Positions 16,024 through 25,439 are shown, counted from the first letter of the stretch. The stretch is 48,281 nucleotides of DNA from Candidatus Haladaptatiplasma halalkaliphilum (GCA_019594055.1 JAFDTY010000001.1:1-48281), one strand, 5' to 3'. Numbers and translations are program-made. The notes: generated from the letters alone by a model not told the origin.

Positions 16024-16557
16024 TCAGTCCTTTTCCACCGTTTCCTTCAATTCCTCGATATCGATGTAATCACTATGCATCAAGTCATTCTTCTTGGCGA
16101 AGTCATAAAATTTTTTCTTGTCCCGTACACGTTTTTTGTAAAAGCTCTCCGCCGCCAAACCCTTCTCCGTCCGGTATACCACAAATATGGTCCACGGCAT
16201 ACGTTTGATATTCGTATACACGGCCTTCACATCCTCCGCTGATATCCTCAATACCTCCTTTCTACGCGACGAACTGTACTTGATGACGTGACCTTCCTCG
16301 AAGTGTAGGTCGTCCATGTACGAATGGTACTCCAGCAATTTCTTTCTGAGGCGAAGGAAAAATACCAGTATGTATATGAAAAGACCTATCATCAGAAAAA
16401 GTTTGATGATCTCGTTTTCCATGTGAAAACGGAAGTGAAGAAATATGGTGATAAACAACAGTATCGAAAGGCCGAGGAGGTCGCTGTAGATGCTCCACTT
16501 CCTGTCCTTCAACTCTTTGGCCAGGTTTTCCTCGTAACTGCCGTCCGCACTTGCCAT
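16024..16557 (-). CDS. Hypothetical membrane protein (2 TM plus a cytoplasmic domain)
   Basis: The start is trimmed to ATG 16557 (MASADGSYEENLAK...). The TM spans are LLGLSILLFITIFLHF and LFLMIGLFIYILVFFL. A charged ~100-aa C-domain follows. A TATA-like AAAAAATATTATAACC lies about 30 nt upstream. Confidence 0.5.
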   Translation of the reverse strand: MASADGSYEENLAKELKDRKWSIYSDLLGLSILLFITIFLHFRFHMENEIIKLFLMIGLFIYILVFFLRLRKKLLEYHSYMDDLHFEEGHVIKYSSSRRKEVLRISAEDVKAVYTNIKRMPWTIFVVYRTEKGLAAESFYKKRVRDKKKFYDFAKKNDLMHSDYIDIEELKETVEKD

Positions 16558-16692
16558 GGCAAGGAACAACCGCACAGTGGTTATAATATTTTTTGTGTTC
16601 GGCTCGCAATAGATAAATATTTGCCCGGATGAAATAATCCACAAAAAGGTCGTATCGATAGAGTTTACAACCTCTCACTACCGCAAACTATA

Positions 16693-16716
16693 AATAATAA
16701 TAATAATAATAATAAT
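16693..16716. repeat. (AAT)8 microsatellite in a divergent promoter region
   Basis: Eight perfect AAT units end 17 nt before ATG 16734 of the secreted clan-CD-like gene. Confidence 0.95.
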
Positions 16717-16733
16717 ATACCTCCGTGATAGAC

Positions 16734-17534
16734 ATGAACGGCATGAAAAAAAAGGTGATGGTAAGTGCGGTATTGCTTTCGTTGATCCTTATCCCGGCAT
16801 ATTCCTCCGCTACAGTATACTCACACCATAATCTCAGCGAAGGTGAATATGCGGTGGGTGTACAAAATCCTGATATTTCCAGTATCAAATTTGCGGATAT
16901 TCATTTGACCGCAGTTCATCGCGGTGCTTGCCCGGGTATACTACCAAATTTACAAAACGAACAAAACGCGATAAGAGATCTGATAAATCAAAATACTAAC
17001 CATATACCATATCCAACAACCAATTGGAATACTAATCAAATAAACCAAAATAGCTTAAGACCAACGTTCGTGAGCACGTTTCACTGGATGGGACATTGTA
17101 GGCGAAGAAACACGTGGCCTCTAGGATCAAGGCCATTCCTCGAGATATGGCCTGTTAACACAAACAGGCCTAAGGGAAGATGTCCTTTGTCCTGGTGTAA
17201 TCGAGGTTATGACAGATATTTTGGCAGCGATGTACCTTCAAATATTAACCACATAGATTTTGTTTTCCTGAACACCTGTAATTCCGCAACTTCTGGTTCC
17301 TGGTATTATGCGAGCTTATTTGACGGTTTTATAGATAACGGTGCAAGATGCATCATGGGATGGACTGGACTTATTCACGATGACCATGCCTTTGAGTTCT
17401 CGGTTCTTTTTTATACCTATTTAACTACAACAGTCTACACCATTATTTATGCTAGAAACATGGCTTATGGTCAGCTTAACAATCCATTGTCATACCCCCA
17501 GGTGCGTGGTCATAACCACAACCCCTATAGGTGA
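16734..17534 (+). CDS. Secreted protein, possibly a clan CD (caspase/gingipain-fold) cysteine-peptidase-like domain
   Basis: The signal-like N-terminus is MNGMKKKVMVSAVLLSLILIPAYSSA. A candidate His (STFHWMGH) and a candidate Cys sit after a hydrophobic strand (IDFVFLNTCNSATSG...FIDNGARCIMGWTG). This resembles the ..ACxS...GA.a.iG.t block of C25/C11-type enzymes. The His-Cys spacing of about 75 aa is long, so the family call is weak. Confidence 0.4.
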   Translation: MNGMKKKVMVSAVLLSLILIPAYSSATVYSHHNLSEGEYAVGVQNPDISSIKFADIHLTAVHRGACPGILPNLQNEQNAIRDLINQNTNHIPYPTTNWNTNQINQNSLRPTFVSTFHWMGHCRRRNTWPLGSRPFLEIWPVNTNRPKGRCPLSWCNRGYDRYFGSDVPSNINHIDFVFLNTCNSATSGSWYYASLFDGFIDNGARCIMGWTGLIHDDHAFEFSVLFYTYLTTTVYTIIYARNMAYGQLNNPLSYPQVRGHNHNPYR

Positions 17535-17538
17535 TATA

Positions 17539-18546
17539 ATGAAAAACAAGAAGAAACTAGGTTTGTCGATCGTAGCGTTGTTAACCGTAGTTATCATCTG
17601 CACGAGCGCTCTCAGTAACGCGAGAGCCGATGTATCCGATATATCGGATGATGTGATCACATTAATAGACGCTGTGGAAATCATAGAAGAAGCGGGTTTC
17701 CAGGTTCCCGATAATGCACAACATAACAGAAGAGTTGATAGAACCGGAAGAGATCTCTGGTTCATATCATGGGGCCAACAAGACGCTGTTTACACCGTGG
17801 AGATAGATGCCGTGACCGGTGAAATAGTATGCATCGTAGCGCCTCCCCAATCGGAAGAACGGTTGATAAACAATGCGGACGAAGCGATATCTATAGCCCT
17901 CCAACGATTGAATGATATCAAGAATGTCGATATACCCGATATCCTTTATGATCTGTCTCCCGAAATAACGGAACCTATTTGGATTATCCGCGGTTGGAGA
18001 ATAAAATGGTACCAGCAAGTAAGTGGCATACCTGCAGGTGGCCATATCATAGCAGAGATATCAACGAGTGGTGAGATAGTATGTTATGTAAAAATATGGT
18101 TAGATATAGATGAAACTACGATAACCACTCGTGATGTGATCGGTAATGAAAATGCCATTAAAAGTGCAGAACGTTGGATAGCTTCGGATGCCCCATCACT
18201 AGTATATCTTAGGGCCCAAACGACAGAGAAAACCACCTCCGAACTGTACATAGGTATACCATACCACGACCCGGAGGAAACGGAAAGAAGTTTTGTGCCC
18301 GTTCTCATGTACAATGTAAATTTCATACTTATGGAGTACTTCGTCACTGTTCAAATCGACGCGGGAACAGGAGAGTATCTGGGTATGACCACCACGAGGT
18401 CTTGGCCAGTTGACATTCACGAACATGCACATTACGATGATCCGGGAAGTAACAACAGAGCTGTTGAAATCGCCGGGTTGATTGTAATAGGTCTTGTTAT
18501 AGGTATAACATGTTCGATAATCGTGATGAAGAAAAAACATCAGTAA
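17539..18546 (+). CDS. Membrane-anchored protein with three PepSY-like repeats
   Basis: ATG 17539 lies 5 nt after the upstream stop. The signal or anchor is MKNKKKLGLSIVALLTVVIICTSALSNARA. The three PepSY-like units end in AVYTVEIDAVTGEIVCIV, HIIAEISTSGEIVCYV and YFVTVQIDAGTGEYLGM. The C-terminal TM is IAGLIVIGLVIGITCSIIVM followed by KKKHQ. Confidence 0.65.
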   Translation: MKNKKKLGLSIVALLTVVIICTSALSNARADVSDISDDVITLIDAVEIIEEAGFQVPDNAQHNRRVDRTGRDLWFISWGQQDAVYTVEIDAVTGEIVCIVAPPQSEERLINNADEAISIALQRLNDIKNVDIPDILYDLSPEITEPIWIIRGWRIKWYQQVSGIPAGGHIIAEISTSGEIVCYVKIWLDIDETTITTRDVIGNENAIKSAERWIASDAPSLVYLRAQTTEKTTSELYIGIPYHDPEETERSFVPVLMYNVNFILMEYFVTVQIDAGTGEYLGMTTTRSWPVDIHEHAHYDDPGSNNRAVEIAGLIVIGLVIGITCSIIVMKKKHQ

Positions 18547-18705
18547 ACCCTTTCCCGTTCTAACTATTCCATCCATTCGATTCCCATCAGGTGAAAGGTG
18601 TGGAATATTCAACCTCGCCTCAGGCGATATCCGATCATGATTTTTTACAAGGTGTATAACCGACACAAGCGACAGATTTTTAATCGCAGGGTGATATAGT
18701 GAAAC

Positions 18706-19998
18706 ATGACCCCCAAGCTTCAAGTTGCACTGGACCTGATCAATCTTGATAGAGCGGTAAAGATAGGCAGGGATGCCCTCAAGGGCGGCGCGGATATCAT
18801 CGAGATAGGCACACCCCTGATAAAATCCGAAGGGATGGATGCGGTACGTAGGATGAAGGAGATTTTTCCCGGTACCGTACTGGTCGCTGACATGAAGACC
18901 ATGGACGTGGGTGGCTTGGAGGTGGAGATAGCCGCAAAGGCAGGCGCTGACATAGTGTGTATACTAGGTTCCGCGGACGACGAGACCTTCAAGGAGGGTT
19001 TGAGGGCAGGAAGGAACTATGACGCCAAGATACTGGGCGACCTGATAGGGGTGGACGACCCTGCGTCCCGGGCCGAAGAATTGTGCCAACTGGGTGTTGA
19101 TTATGTGGGAGTCCATGTGGCTATCGATGCCCAGATGAGGGGTGAGGATCCCCTGGCTATCCTCCGGGAAGTGGTGAAGGCCAGCTCGGTACCTGTTGCG
19201 GTGGCCGGCGGTATCACGTCCGAACTCGTCCCCGGGCTGGTGAAGGCGGGAGCGGACATTATCATCGTGGGTGGCGCTATCATAAAGGCCAGGGATGTGG
19301 TATCCGCAGCCTCGGACATCAAGAAGACCATGCTGGAAGGCGTATCCACGGGGTCCCAGGTTTCCCGAAAGTTCGGTCCAGAAAAGGTAAGGGAAGCCCT
19401 GTCCAGGGTATCCACGGCCAATGTATCCGATGCCATGCACAGGGAGCCCTGCATGCAGGGTATAGGGCAGTTGACATGTACCGGGGCGAGGATGGTGGGA
19501 AGAGCCTTCACCGTGAGAACGGTCGATGGCGACTGGGCAAAACCCGTGGAGGCCATAGAGAAGGCAGAGGCAGGCGATGTGCTGGTAGTGGATGCCGGGG
19601 GCGGCACCACCGCGGTGTGGGGCGAACTCGCTTCCTGGTCATGCAAAACAAAGGGTATACAGGGGATAGTGATAGACGGTGCGGTGAGGGATGTGGATGA
19701 GATAAGAGAGCTGGGCTTCCCTGTTTTTGCCAGGCACTGTGCCTCAAACGCAAGTGACCCCAAGGGCTACGGAGGCATGTCCATAGAGGTAAACTGCGGC
19801 CAGCGACGGGTAAGGCCGGGTGACTGGATCCTGGGTGACGATAGCGGTGTGATGGTGATACCAAAGGAGGAGGCGATACAGATAGCCAACAGGGCCCTGG
19901 ACGTGATGGAGAAAGAGGAAAGGATACGTGAGGAGATCAAGGAAGGACGAACCCTATCAGTTGTGATGGAGCTGGAAAAATGGGAGCTCCGGGATTGA
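18706..19998 (+). CDS. 3-hexulose-6-phosphate synthase (OMP-decarboxylase fold) fused to an RraA/aldolase-like domain
   Basis: The N-terminal half contains KLQVALDL...ADIIEIGTPLIK...VADMKTMDVG...GVHVAIDAQ...VAVAGGI. The C-terminal half contains TANVSDAMHR...GDVLVVDAGG...AVWGELASWSCKTKGIQGIVIDGAVRD...VFAR, which is the RraA/HMG-aldolase family pattern. Confidence 0.8.
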   Translation: MTPKLQVALDLINLDRAVKIGRDALKGGADIIEIGTPLIKSEGMDAVRRMKEIFPGTVLVADMKTMDVGGLEVEIAAKAGADIVCILGSADDETFKEGLRAGRNYDAKILGDLIGVDDPASRAEELCQLGVDYVGVHVAIDAQMRGEDPLAILREVVKASSVPVAVAGGITSELVPGLVKAGADIIIVGGAIIKARDVVSAASDIKKTMLEGVSTGSQVSRKFGPEKVREALSRVSTANVSDAMHREPCMQGIGQLTCTGARMVGRAFTVRTVDGDWAKPVEAIEKAEAGDVLVVDAGGGTTAVWGELASWSCKTKGIQGIVIDGAVRDVDEIRELGFPVFARHCASNASDPKGYGGMSIEVNCGQRRVRPGDWILGDDSGVMVIPKEEAIQIANRALDVMEKEERIREEIKEGRTLSVVMELEKWELRD

Positions 19999-20000
19999 AC

Positions 20001-20831
20001 TCATAGTCTCTTGAGAGAAGCCTCATCCACCAACCTGACCCCCATTTCATGGCACCAAGACTCGATCTTATTCAACATTTCCTCACCCACATCCTTCGAT
20101 ATCATGACCATCTCGGCCTGGGACTGGGCAAGTCCCATCCCGAACAACTCACGGTCCAGCTCCTTCAAAGCCCAACCCGGGACCATGTGGCCCATGGAAA
20201 CTTTCCTGCGGCGTGCCAGATCCGTGAACTCGGGAGCGTAATGCCCCCCGCCGATACCGAATATTATGGGGCAGGACGTTTTTTTACATGTTTCAGGCTC
20301 CATCAGGGTCATCCCGATCACTTCTCCCGCCCTCACGTCACTCCAACTCCCCTGATCGCTGCCTATCTCGATGTAGTATGCCGGTGTCTCCAGAAGGGGG
20401 CCGTGGTGGGTGGCTTCAAAGGATACCTGGTATTCCCGTGTCAATCCCTTTCCCGTAGCTATATCGTGCAGTGCCCTCAATGCCCCTGTCATCTCGTGGG
20501 GTGCAGGTGGTACCAGTTTTCTATCCTTACCGCCGAATTTTGCCTTTCCGAAATTTCCTATGGGATGAACGGTCAGGGAGTGTATACCTGCCTTTGAAGC
20601 GTGTTTCGAGATGAAGACCATGTGGTCAATGGGCCCCAATATACCGGAAAGTTCCACGTCGATACCTTCCGCGTATATATGGTGTCTGTTCACCGTGACC
20701 ATCCTGTCGTCCTCCCTGCCGTAGATGGGGCTTTCCTGCCATTCACCCGTGCTCTCCCATCCGTATTCCAGCAGATTGTTCAGTATGTTTTGGCTGGCGG
20801 TATCTTCCAGGGATGAAACGATAAGACGCAT
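20001..20831 (-). CDS. dtdA: D-aminoacyl-tRNA deacylase, archaeal type (DTD2/DtdA)
   Basis: A 276-aa ORF has the N-terminus MRLIVSSLEDTASQNILNNLL and the motifs HHGP and GIGGGHYAPEF. Length and layout are typical of DtdA. Confidence 0.8.
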   Translation of the reverse strand: MRLIVSSLEDTASQNILNNLLEYGWESTGEWQESPIYGREDDRMVTVNRHHIYAEGIDVELSGILGPIDHMVFISKHASKAGIHSLTVHPIGNFGKAKFGGKDRKLVPPAPHEMTGALRALHDIATGKGLTREYQVSFEATHHGPLLETPAYYIEIGSDQGSWSDVRAGEVIGMTLMEPETCKKTSCPIIFGIGGGHYAPEFTDLARRRKVSMGHMVPGWALKELDRELFGMGLAQSQAEMVMISKDVGEEMLNKIESWCHEMGVRLVDEASLKRL

Positions 20832-20906
20832 GAAGGGGGCATGTGATAGTGCCCTTAATAATTTTCACTCGACAAAGGATTTATACCTCCTCGCTGATTG
20901 GATATC

Positions 20907-21281
20907 ATGGAACATGACCTGCTGGATGAGCTACTGGACAAGTCACCGAGGTCCATCTTCGACCTTGAGGATATGCCCGTGGGCTCCATGCTGATCGTCA
21001 TAGGTGCCTATATATCCATGGTACTCGGTTTCTTTCACTTTTTGATCAATAGCCTTGTCTATTCCCCCCCATCATTCATCTTTCAATTCATCATCAGCTT
21101 CTTCCTCGGTTTGGCCATGCTGGTGGCCTATGTAAAATATTCAAGGGATGTTACCACCTATGCCATCTCGACCATGCTTTTTTCCATAATATTGATACTC
21201 CTGGGGGGTGCCGTGGGGGCGATAGCGGGTCTTATCGCACTTATGGGCTCCGTGATAACACTGTTCACCGGTGATCGGTAA
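20907..21281 (+). CDS. Small hypothetical membrane protein (3 TM)
   Basis: ATG 20907 is used (the track start at 20898 is TTG). The hydrophobic spans are MLIVIGAYISMVLGFFHFLI, FIFQFIISFFLGLAMLVAYV and MLFSIILILLGGAVGAIAGLIALMG. Confidence 0.45.
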   Translation: MEHDLLDELLDKSPRSIFDLEDMPVGSMLIVIGAYISMVLGFFHFLINSLVYSPPSFIFQFIISFFLGLAMLVAYVKYSRDVTTYAISTMLFSIILILLGGAVGAIAGLIALMGSVITLFTGDR

Positions 21282-21344
21282 CTTGATTTCATGATAAAAG
21301 TTATTACCCACCGAAGAGATTGATACCTCAAAGATGTGACCGTC

Positions 21345-21839
21345 ATGGAATCAGGAATGGACATAGTGGCAAAGCTCATGGCTATCTCGGCCATGACCGC
21401 TCAGAGGGAGAAGAACGTTACCGACCTGAATGTAACACTCCTGGACGAAGCAGAGAAGGAGATACTGGTGGAGGAGATGTTTCAGATCGCAGAACAGAAG
21501 GTTGACGAGACCTTCAGCCAGATGGGTGAGATGATACTCGACTCAGAGGGCGTTTTACTATTGGGACTCGATGACGATTCACCCCTGGGATTGAACTGTC
21601 AGGCGTGCGGCTTTTCAGACTGCCTGGAGATGTCAAAGGTGGTAAAGGAGGATATATTCCAGGGGCCTAACTGCATCTTCAGGGCCATCGACCTGGGGAT
21701 GGCGGTTGGCAGTGCCCTGCGAACGGCGAGGATACACAATGTGAAGGTGGAAGTGATGATCAAGGGCGGACTGGCGGCCAAGAGGGTGGGACTGTCCACA
21801 TCAAGGGTGGTCCTAGCACTACCCGTATATCTGGAATGA
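21345..21839 (+). CDS. DUF2148/COG4739-like protein (uncharacterised ferredoxin-domain family)
   Basis: The sequence has the family-like features AKLMAISAMTAQ... and the Cys cluster LNCQACGFSDCLE...GPNCIFRAIDLGMAVGSA. ATG 21345 is preferred over GTG 21336. The assignment is from memory of the family pattern only. Confidence 0.5.
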   Translation: MESGMDIVAKLMAISAMTAQREKNVTDLNVTLLDEAEKEILVEEMFQIAEQKVDETFSQMGEMILDSEGVLLLGLDDDSPLGLNCQACGFSDCLEMSKVVKEDIFQGPNCIFRAIDLGMAVGSALRTARIHNVKVEVMIKGGLAAKRVGLSTSRVVLALPVYLE

Positions 21840-21840
21840 A

Positions 21841-22563
21841 TCATCCATCATCCGGGATGATATCTCTTCTTTCACCCAGGCATGTACCGTCAAGAAGATA
21901 CACCCTCTCTTCCCGTATATCTATGGACCTATGAAAGGGCCCGAGATAGCTTTCCTGGTTTATGCATATACCCCCCAGAAGGTGATTATAGTTGGGTATG
22001 AGTATGCCAGTGGACTCAACTCCCCGGAAAGAGTACTTTAAACGTACCCAGCAAGGGTATTTTTCCCTTCTGCCCAGCCCGTCGTATAGTGCCACCGCGG
22101 GATGAGCGTGGGCGAATACGTTCAGCCGGGTCTCCATCACATGGTCGTCCGGGATAGCATGTCCGTGGAAGAAACCTACACCACCTATGACTGCACCTCC
22201 GGAACCGTGGACGGTGACCTCGGAGGGGAGATATCTCTCTATATTGCCGTCGTGATTGCCCTTGACCATATGTATATCTTTAACCACCTTCAGCCAGGTA
22301 TCCATCGCCAAGGGTATCTCACGGTACTCCTGCCAGCTTCCCCTGGGAATGTTGTGCTTTAGATCTCCGTTTATCACCAGGGTATCAGCCCCCGTTTCCA
22401 CCAGCAATCCCTTTATCCCCTCTATCATCCCCGAAGTTTGCGAGGGTATGCTGAATCCCCTGTTGCCGAGCTCGATCTCGTAACCTATGTGCAGGTCCGC
22501 AACTATCAACAGGTTGCCGACCATCAGGGCCCGTTCCTGCCACAGCGGCTGTGAAGTGGTCAT
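21841..22563 (-). CDS. Calcineurin-like metallophosphoesterase (archaeal SbcD-related small family)
   Basis: The metallophosphoesterase motifs are LIVADLHIG, INGDLKH, VKGNHD, FHGH and AHAHP. Confidence 0.75.
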   Translation of the reverse strand: MTTSQPLWQERALMVGNLLIVADLHIGYEIELGNRGFSIPSQTSGMIEGIKGLLVETGADTLVINGDLKHNIPRGSWQEYREIPLAMDTWLKVVKDIHMVKGNHDGNIERYLPSEVTVHGSGGAVIGGVGFFHGHAIPDDHVMETRLNVFAHAHPAVALYDGLGRREKYPCWVRLKYSFRGVESTGILIPNYNHLLGGICINQESYLGPFHRSIDIREERVYLLDGTCLGERRDIIPDDG

Positions 22564-22577
22564 CTTACACGATCATA

Positions 22578-23912
22578 TCATAACCGATGCAGATAAGTTT
22601 TTACCTCCCACTCCGTCACCTGCTGCCTGTATTCGTTCCATTCGTCCCTCTTCTTGTGCAAGAAATGCCGGAAGGTGTGTTCCCCCAGGGTTTCCTTCAT
22701 GAAGTCGCTCTCTTCCATAACCGATAGGGCATGGCCCAGATTGGAGGGTAGTGAGAGTATACCCTTATTCAAACGTTCTTCCCTTTTCATGGAGAAGATA
22801 TCTCCCTGGGCCTGTTTCGGGGGTTCTATACCTTCCTCTATCCCCTTCAAACCTGCAGCCAGCAATACCGCGAACTGAAGGTACGGGTTACCTGCGGGGT
22901 CAGGATTTCGGATCTCTATCCTTGTTCCCCTTCCCCTGCCGTCGGGTATCCTAGCCAGCACGCTTCTGTTCAGGAAGGACCAGGAAACGTAAACGGGTGC
23001 CTCGTATCCCGGCACCAGTCTCTTGTAGGAGTTGACCGTGGATGCCTGTATGGCGCACATATCCCCTGCATATTTTATCAAGCCTCCCAGGTAGTGCCTC
23101 ATCACAAGACTCATCCCACTGTTGTCCCTTTCATCGTAGAACGCGTTTTCATCCTTTGAATCGAAGAGGCTTTGGTGGATGTGCATACCGGTTCCGTTAA
23201 CCCCGGCTATGGGTTTGGGCATGAAGGTGGCGTGTAGGCCGTTTATCATGGCGACCGTCTTTATACAGTGCTTAAGGGTAAGTATCTGGTCGGCGATGGT
23301 CAATGCATCGTTATACCTCAAATCTATCTCGTGTTGACCCGAGGCGACCTCATGGTGAGATGTTTCCACCTCGAACCCCATGTCTTCGAAGTACAGATTA
23401 CATTCCTTACGTACTTTTTCCGCCCTATCGAGGGGCATGAGATCGAAGTAACCTCCCTTGTCGTCAGGTAAGGTAGTGGGATCTCCGTTGGAATCCAGTT
23501 TGAAGAGGAAGAACTCGAACTCCGGGCCAACATTGAACTCGTAACCCATCTCCCTTGCCTTCTTCATGTGCCTTTCCAGTATGTACCTCGGGTCTCCGTG
23601 GAACCTGTTTCCCGCGGAATCGTATATGTCACATATGAGCCTTCCAGTTTTTATCCTTTCCTCCGACCAGGGAAAGATAAGGAAGGTGTTGAGATCAGGG
23701 TGGGCCCGAAGGTCGGATTCCTCCACCGTTGCATAGCCCACGATGGAAGAGCCGTCGAACAGTACCCCCTCTTCCATGGCTCTACCAAGGTGCGAGGCTG
23801 GTATGGAGACCGTTTTAACTCCACCTAGGATGTCCATGAACTGCATCTCCACGAACTTAACCTTCTCTTTTCGTACTATATCCAGTATCTTGTCTTTATT
23901 CATATCTCTCAC
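22578..23912 (-). CDS. glnA: Glutamine synthetase, type I
   Basis: A 444-aa ORF has the beta-grasp N-domain VKFVEMQFMDILGGVKTVSIP. The catalytic blocks are GPEFEFFLF, NGTGMHIHQSLF, YEAPVYVSWS and AGNPYL. Confidence 0.92.
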   Translation of the reverse strand: MRDMNKDKILDIVRKEKVKFVEMQFMDILGGVKTVSIPASHLGRAMEEGVLFDGSSIVGYATVEESDLRAHPDLNTFLIFPWSEERIKTGRLICDIYDSAGNRFHGDPRYILERHMKKAREMGYEFNVGPEFEFFLFKLDSNGDPTTLPDDKGGYFDLMPLDRAEKVRKECNLYFEDMGFEVETSHHEVASGQHEIDLRYNDALTIADQILTLKHCIKTVAMINGLHATFMPKPIAGVNGTGMHIHQSLFDSKDENAFYDERDNSGMSLVMRHYLGGLIKYAGDMCAIQASTVNSYKRLVPGYEAPVYVSWSFLNRSVLARIPDGRGRGTRIEIRNPDPAGNPYLQFAVLLAAGLKGIEEGIEPPKQAQGDIFSMKREERLNKGILSLPSNLGHALSVMEESDFMKETLGEHTFRHFLHKKRDEWNEYRQQVTEWEVKTYLHRL

Positions 23913-24053
23913 GCTCTTTGCTGCAAAATGATACAGAGTGGGTTAAAATGCGATGATATTTAAAGCTAATTGATTAGAAAGTGACATTGGAAAGGTATAA
24001 ATAGGGGTGCCCAATATCTGTCAATTAAATCTAATCAAATATGGTGATGTATC

Positions 24054-24281
24054 ATGACGGAGAAAAAGTATACCACGGTCTCGATACCGGTGCCCCTGGC
24101 AAAGAAGGTTAAAAAGCGGATGGAAGGAACCGGATTCACCTCCCTATCCAGCTATGTTACCTACGTCCTTAGGCAGGTGATATCAAGCATAGAGGAAGAG
24201 GAACGTCAGCATGAAGGTTTCTCCAAGGAAGATGAGGAAAGGGTAAAGGAAAGACTCCGTGCCCTGGGCTATCTGGATTGA
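24054..24281 (+). CDS. Ribbon-helix-helix (CopG-like) small DNA-binding protein
   Basis: The segment KKYTTVSIPVPLAKKVKKRMEGTGFTSLSSYVTYVLRQVI fits a beta-strand/helix/helix layout, followed by an acidic tail. Its stop directly abuts the sat start. Confidence 0.55.
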   Translation: MTEKKYTTVSIPVPLAKKVKKRMEGTGFTSLSSYVTYVLRQVISSIEEEERQHEGFSKEDEERVKERLRALGYLD

Positions 24282-24290
24282 GTGATCCCC

Positions 24291-25439
24291 ATGGTAACAC
24301 CCCATGGCGGTACCCTGGTGAATAGGGTGGTTTCCAAAAGACGTAGGGAAGAACTCATGGAGGATGCCAGTGAAATGCCTTCCTTCAGATTGTCCGGTGG
24401 CCTGAGGAAGGACGCCCAGAACATAGCTTCCGGTCTTTACAGCCCCCTGGAGGGATTCCTGTGCAGGGATGACATGGAGAATGTGTTAGAGCACTCCAGG
24501 TTGTCCAACGATATACCGTGGACCATCCCCATATTACTGGATATGCGGGAGGAAGAGGCAAAAAGATTTACCGAAGGTGATAGTGTAATACTAGAATCCG
24601 AGGACGGAAAACCATTCTGTCTCATGGATATCGAAGAGATTTTTACCTACAGTAAAAAAGAATTTGCAGAAAAGGTCTACGGGACGGATGATATCAACCA
24701 TCCAGGCGTGCAGAAGACCATGGACATGGGAAGTCATCTGATGGGCGGGACGATCACACAGCTAGATGAACTTCCCGATCCCTTTGAAAAGTACGCTTTG
24801 AAACCCATGGAGACAAGGGTTCTCTTCAAGGAAAAGGGCTGGAGGACGGTGGTGGGATTCCAGACAAGGAATGTTCCTCACAACGGTCACGAGTACATAC
24901 AGAAAACCGCACTTACTTTCGTGGACGGTATCTTCATCAACCCCATAATCGGAAAGAAAAAGCCGGGCGATTTCACCGATGAGTTGATACTCGATACATA
25001 CGACATCTTGATAAAAAATTACTACCTTAAGAACAGGGCGGTCATGAGCATACTGGAAACGGAGATGAGATACGCGGGGCCCAAGGAGGCTATTTTCCAC
25101 TCCATCGTAAGAAAAAATTTCGGTTGCACCCACTTTATAGTGGGACGAGACCACGCCGGGGTAGGCGGTTACTACGCCCCCTACGCCGCCCAGGACATAT
25201 TCGAAGAGTTCCCGGACCTCGGTATAACACCCATATTCTTCAAGTCTTTCACACACTGCTGGAAATGCGGTGGTGCCGTTGACGGTTTCATATGTCCCCA
25301 TGGTGACGAGCACCGGGAAAATTTCAGCGGGAGTAAGATGAGGGAGATGTTGGTACGGGGACAGATACCTCCCGAGCACATGATGAGACCCGAGGTGGCG
25401 AAGATGGTGATCGAAACAGAGAAAAAATTTGTGGTATAG
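24291..25439 (+). CDS. sat: Sulfate adenylyltransferase (ATP sulfurylase)
   Basis: The motifs are PHGGTLVNR, VGFQTRNVPHNGHEYIQ (HxxH) and FIVGRDHAGVGGYY. A GTG at 24282 is an alternative start. Confidence 0.9.
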   Translation: MVTPHGGTLVNRVVSKRRREELMEDASEMPSFRLSGGLRKDAQNIASGLYSPLEGFLCRDDMENVLEHSRLSNDIPWTIPILLDMREEEAKRFTEGDSVILESEDGKPFCLMDIEEIFTYSKKEFAEKVYGTDDINHPGVQKTMDMGSHLMGGTITQLDELPDPFEKYALKPMETRVLFKEKGWRTVVGFQTRNVPHNGHEYIQKTALTFVDGIFINPIIGKKKPGDFTDELILDTYDILIKNYYLKNRAVMSILETEMRYAGPKEAIFHSIVRKNFGCTHFIVGRDHAGVGGYYAPYAAQDIFEEFPDLGITPIFFKSFTHCWKCGGAVDGFICPHGDEHRENFSGSKMREMLVRGQIPPEHMMRPEVAKMVIETEKKFVV

